A stretch of DNA of 64,000 nt. It comes from an uncultured delta proteobacterium (GTDB lineage: Bacteria; Desulfobacterota; Desulfomonilia; Desulfomonilales; Desulfomonilaceae). Positions 63,874 to 64,000 of the stretch are shown piece after piece. Both the position numbers and the translations under genes were made by a program. The stretch's first letter is position 1; each line of letters starts with the position of its first letter. The DNA lies in NCBI GenBank assembly GCA_963789265.1, contig CAWBKB010000001.1, positions 1,632,001 to 1,696,000 on the forward strand. The letters are read 5' to 3'. The notes under the pieces were generated by a model. It saw only the letters and a program-made list of their open reading frames with translations. It had not been told where the DNA came from and searched no databases.

Positions 63874-64000
63874 AGGAGAAGAATATTCGATTTTCAACCT
63901 CCGGACAACCTCCAGTCCATAAGCAGGCTGCTCCGCGCCCACCACTCGCTTGCCACTCCGGTCTAGGGCGTGGGATAATCACACCTACGCCCGAGCGCCG

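Overview
64 kb of a GC-rich bacterial chromosome. Gene content suggests Desulfobacterota/deltaproteobacterium; that is inference only. Housekeeping blocks are rpsB-tsf-pyrH-frr-uppS-cdsA-dxr, Lon-like protease/gmhA/RNase II, hppA, and ndk-rlmN...purH(N-half)-purE, fba, dapF. They alternate with accessory DNA. The most striking structure is a 2877-bp IS1595-family element (9850-12726; 24-bp terminal IRs; exact 8-bp TSD TTAGAAAA) inserted into a ~180-bp IS4-type MITE. Besides its transposase it carries a HEPN-motif gene, an unlisted 49-aa ORF coupled to the transposase, a ~360-bp hairpin-rich non-coding region and a small GIY-YIG nuclease. A metal/copper-related region (37.5-54.2 kb) holds three Cys-rich leader-like ORFs with similar C-termini, a Ser/Thr kinase-FGE fusion facing a PP2C phosphatase, an orphan histidine kinase, an ldh remnant, cusB/cusA-like genes and a NosL-like gene. 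Several miniature repeat families are nested inside one another. Five frameshifts fall in two recurring contexts (GTAC and CAGAACCT), so they are probably systematic, possibly methylation-related, sequencing errors rather than true pseudogenes. No tRNA, rRNA or CRISPR array was seen.
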